From the NCBI RefSeq assembly GCF_009914755.1, contig NC_060925.1: a DNA stretch of 64,000 bases. One strand, 5' to 3'. Below are positions 56,412 to 64,000 of this stretch, piece by piece. The notes below the pieces were generated by a model. It was not told where the DNA came from. It made no database searches and saw nothing but the letters and a program-made list of their open reading frames with translations. A program made the position numbers and the translations under genes. How positions within the stretch are numbered: the stretch's first letter is position 1; each line of letters begins with the position of its first letter. Source of the stretch: the human T2T-CHM13v2.0 reference genome, Homo sapiens.

Positions 56412-56763
56412 TGATATGATTTGGCTGTGTCTCCACCCAAATCTCATCTTGAATTGTAGCTCCCATGATTCCCACTTGTTGTTGGAGGGACCTGGTGATA
56501 GAGAATTGAGTCATGGGGGGCGTTTTCTCCCATACTGTTCTCGTGGTAGTGAATAAGTCTCATGAGATCTGATGGTTTTATAAGGGGAAACCCCTTTTGC
56601 TTGGTTCCCATTTCTCTCTTGCCTGCCACCATGTAAGATATGCCTTTTGCCTTCCACCATGATCATGAGGCCTCCCGAGCCACGTGGAACTGTGAGTCCA
56701 TTAAACCTCTTTTTCTTTATAAATTACCCAGTTGTGGGTATGTCTTTATTAGGAGTGTGAGAA
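56412..56763 (+). mobile_element. THE1 solo LTR inside L1
   Basis: tgatatgatttggctgtgtctccacccaaatctcatcttgaattgtagctccc ... gtctttattaggagtgtgagaa; the last few bases are missing. Confidence 0.9.
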
Positions 56764-56868
56764 AGGAAATTAAATCAGTATGTCAAAGAGATATCTGCAC
56801 TCCTGTTTATTGCAGTGTTATTCACAATAGTGAAGATATGGAATCAAACTAAGTGTCCAACAATGAAT

Positions 56869-62458
<5,590 letters not shown>

Positions 62459-62995
62459 AAAATGTGGTGTCTATACACAATGAAATCCTGTAAAAGCCAT
62501 GAAAAAGAATGCAATCCTGTCATTTGCAACAACATGGATGAGCCTGGAGGACATTATGTTAAATGACATTGGTCAGATACAGAAAAGCAAATACCTCATG
62601 TTATCACTCATAAGTATAACCTAAATAAGTTGATCTCATAGAAGTAGTAAATAGGACAGTGGCTGCCAGAAACTAGTGAGGGTAGGGAGGATGGAAGGAT
62701 GAGAAGAGGTTGGTCAATGGGTACAAAGTTACAATTAGAAAGGAAGCATAGGTTCTGGTGTTCTTTTGCACAGAAGGGTAACTATAATGAACAATATGGG
62801 AATCTATATCTCAAATTAACTAGAAGAGAATATGTTTAATGTTCTACTACAAATAAAAAATATGTGTTTGAGGTGATGAATATGCTAATTACCCTGATTT
62901 GATTATTAACACAATAATACATGTATCAAAACATCACATTGTACCCCAGAAATATGTATAATTGTACGTGTTCAATAAAAATACAAATGAAAGAA

Positions 62996-63115
62996 AAACA
63001 TGCAGTTTCTAACTCAGTAGGTCTGGGCTGGGCCTGAGAATCTATTAATAAATTTCTAAGAAGCTCCAAGATGATGCAGGTGCTACTTGTCCTCAGACCA
63101 CTTTTTGAGTAAAAA
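62996..63115. mobile_element. MER5-type MITE, right part
   Basis: tcagtaggtctgggctgggcctgagaat...ttctaagaagctccaagatgatgc...gaccactttttgagta. Confidence 0.75.
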
Positions 63116-63165
63116 GTGGCCAGGCGATCTTCTCTTCTTTTGTTTTATTTTATATTATTTGTTCA

Positions 63166-63455
63166 TTTTTTTTGAGATAAGATCTTGCTCTGTCTCTCAG
63201 GCTGGAGTACAGTAGTGAGATCATAGCTCTCTGCAGCCTTGAACTCCTGGGCTCAAGCGATCCTCCTGCCTCCATCTCCCAAGTGGCTGGGACTACAGGT
63301 GCACACCACCACACCCTAGCTAATTTTTAAAATTTTTGTAGAGACAAGGTCTTACTATATTGCTCAGGCTGGTCTTGAACTGCTGAGCTCAAGCAGCCCT
63401 CCCATCTTGGCCTCCCAAAGTGCTGGGATTACAGGCGTGAGCCACGGTGGCTGCC
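63166..63455 (-). mobile_element. AluJ
   Basis: ctgcagccttgaactcctgggctcaagcgatcctcc (AluJ diagnostic). Confidence 0.92.
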
Positions 63456-63520
63456 CAATCCCCTTTTCTTTAGTGCAGTCTTTGCACAGAAATCTAAGGC
63501 TGTCGAATAAGCTACATTCA

Positions 63521-63825
<305 letters not shown>

Positions 63826-63975
63826 TTCATCTGCTTGTATTTGCCTGGTATATATTTTCTTGTACCTCTGCTTCCAATTTCTCTCATTAAAATCATTCTC
63901 TCTTAGTGTTTTTTTTTTTAAACAAGCAATCTATATTGTAATTGAATTCTTTAAAACATACAATTGATTATTCTC

Positions 63976-64000
63976 TTTTTTTTTGAGCCAGGGTCTCACT
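63976..64000 (-). mobile_element. Alu 3' end, cut by the window edge
   Basis: ttttttttgagccagggtctcact. Confidence 0.75.

Overview
This is primate (human-like) genomic DNA, AT-rich and dominated by interspersed repeats (L1, L2, MIR, Alu, MaLR/ERV LTRs, hAT MITEs). I see no intact protein-coding gene, RNA gene or CRISPR array. The one gene-derived feature is an unprocessed flavin-containing monooxygenase (FMO) pseudogene on the + strand at about 32.7-40.4 kb. Exons 3, 4, 5, 7 and 8 and a collapsed exon 6 are recognisable, with stops or frameshifts in exons 3, 4, 5 and 7; exons 2 and 9 were not found. It is tentatively FMO7P of the 1q24 pseudogene cluster. Notable structure: (i) an L1 fragment inserted inside FMO exon 3; (ii) two solo ERV1 LTRs pointing toward the pseudogene from both sides, the downstream one CpG-rich and suited to drive an antisense lncRNA; (iii) a 12.5-kb nest of L1s inside one split MER5 element, with three twin-primed 5' inversions, a re-used target site, a probable 3' transduction, and patchy shared variants between two L1PA copies that suggest local gene conversion; (iv) a 26-bp AT-rich VNTR and a fold-back inverted repeat. 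I found no convincing novel biological system. Repeat subfamily names and FMO exon sizes come from recalled consensus sequences and need RepeatMasker/Dfam or alignment confirmation.
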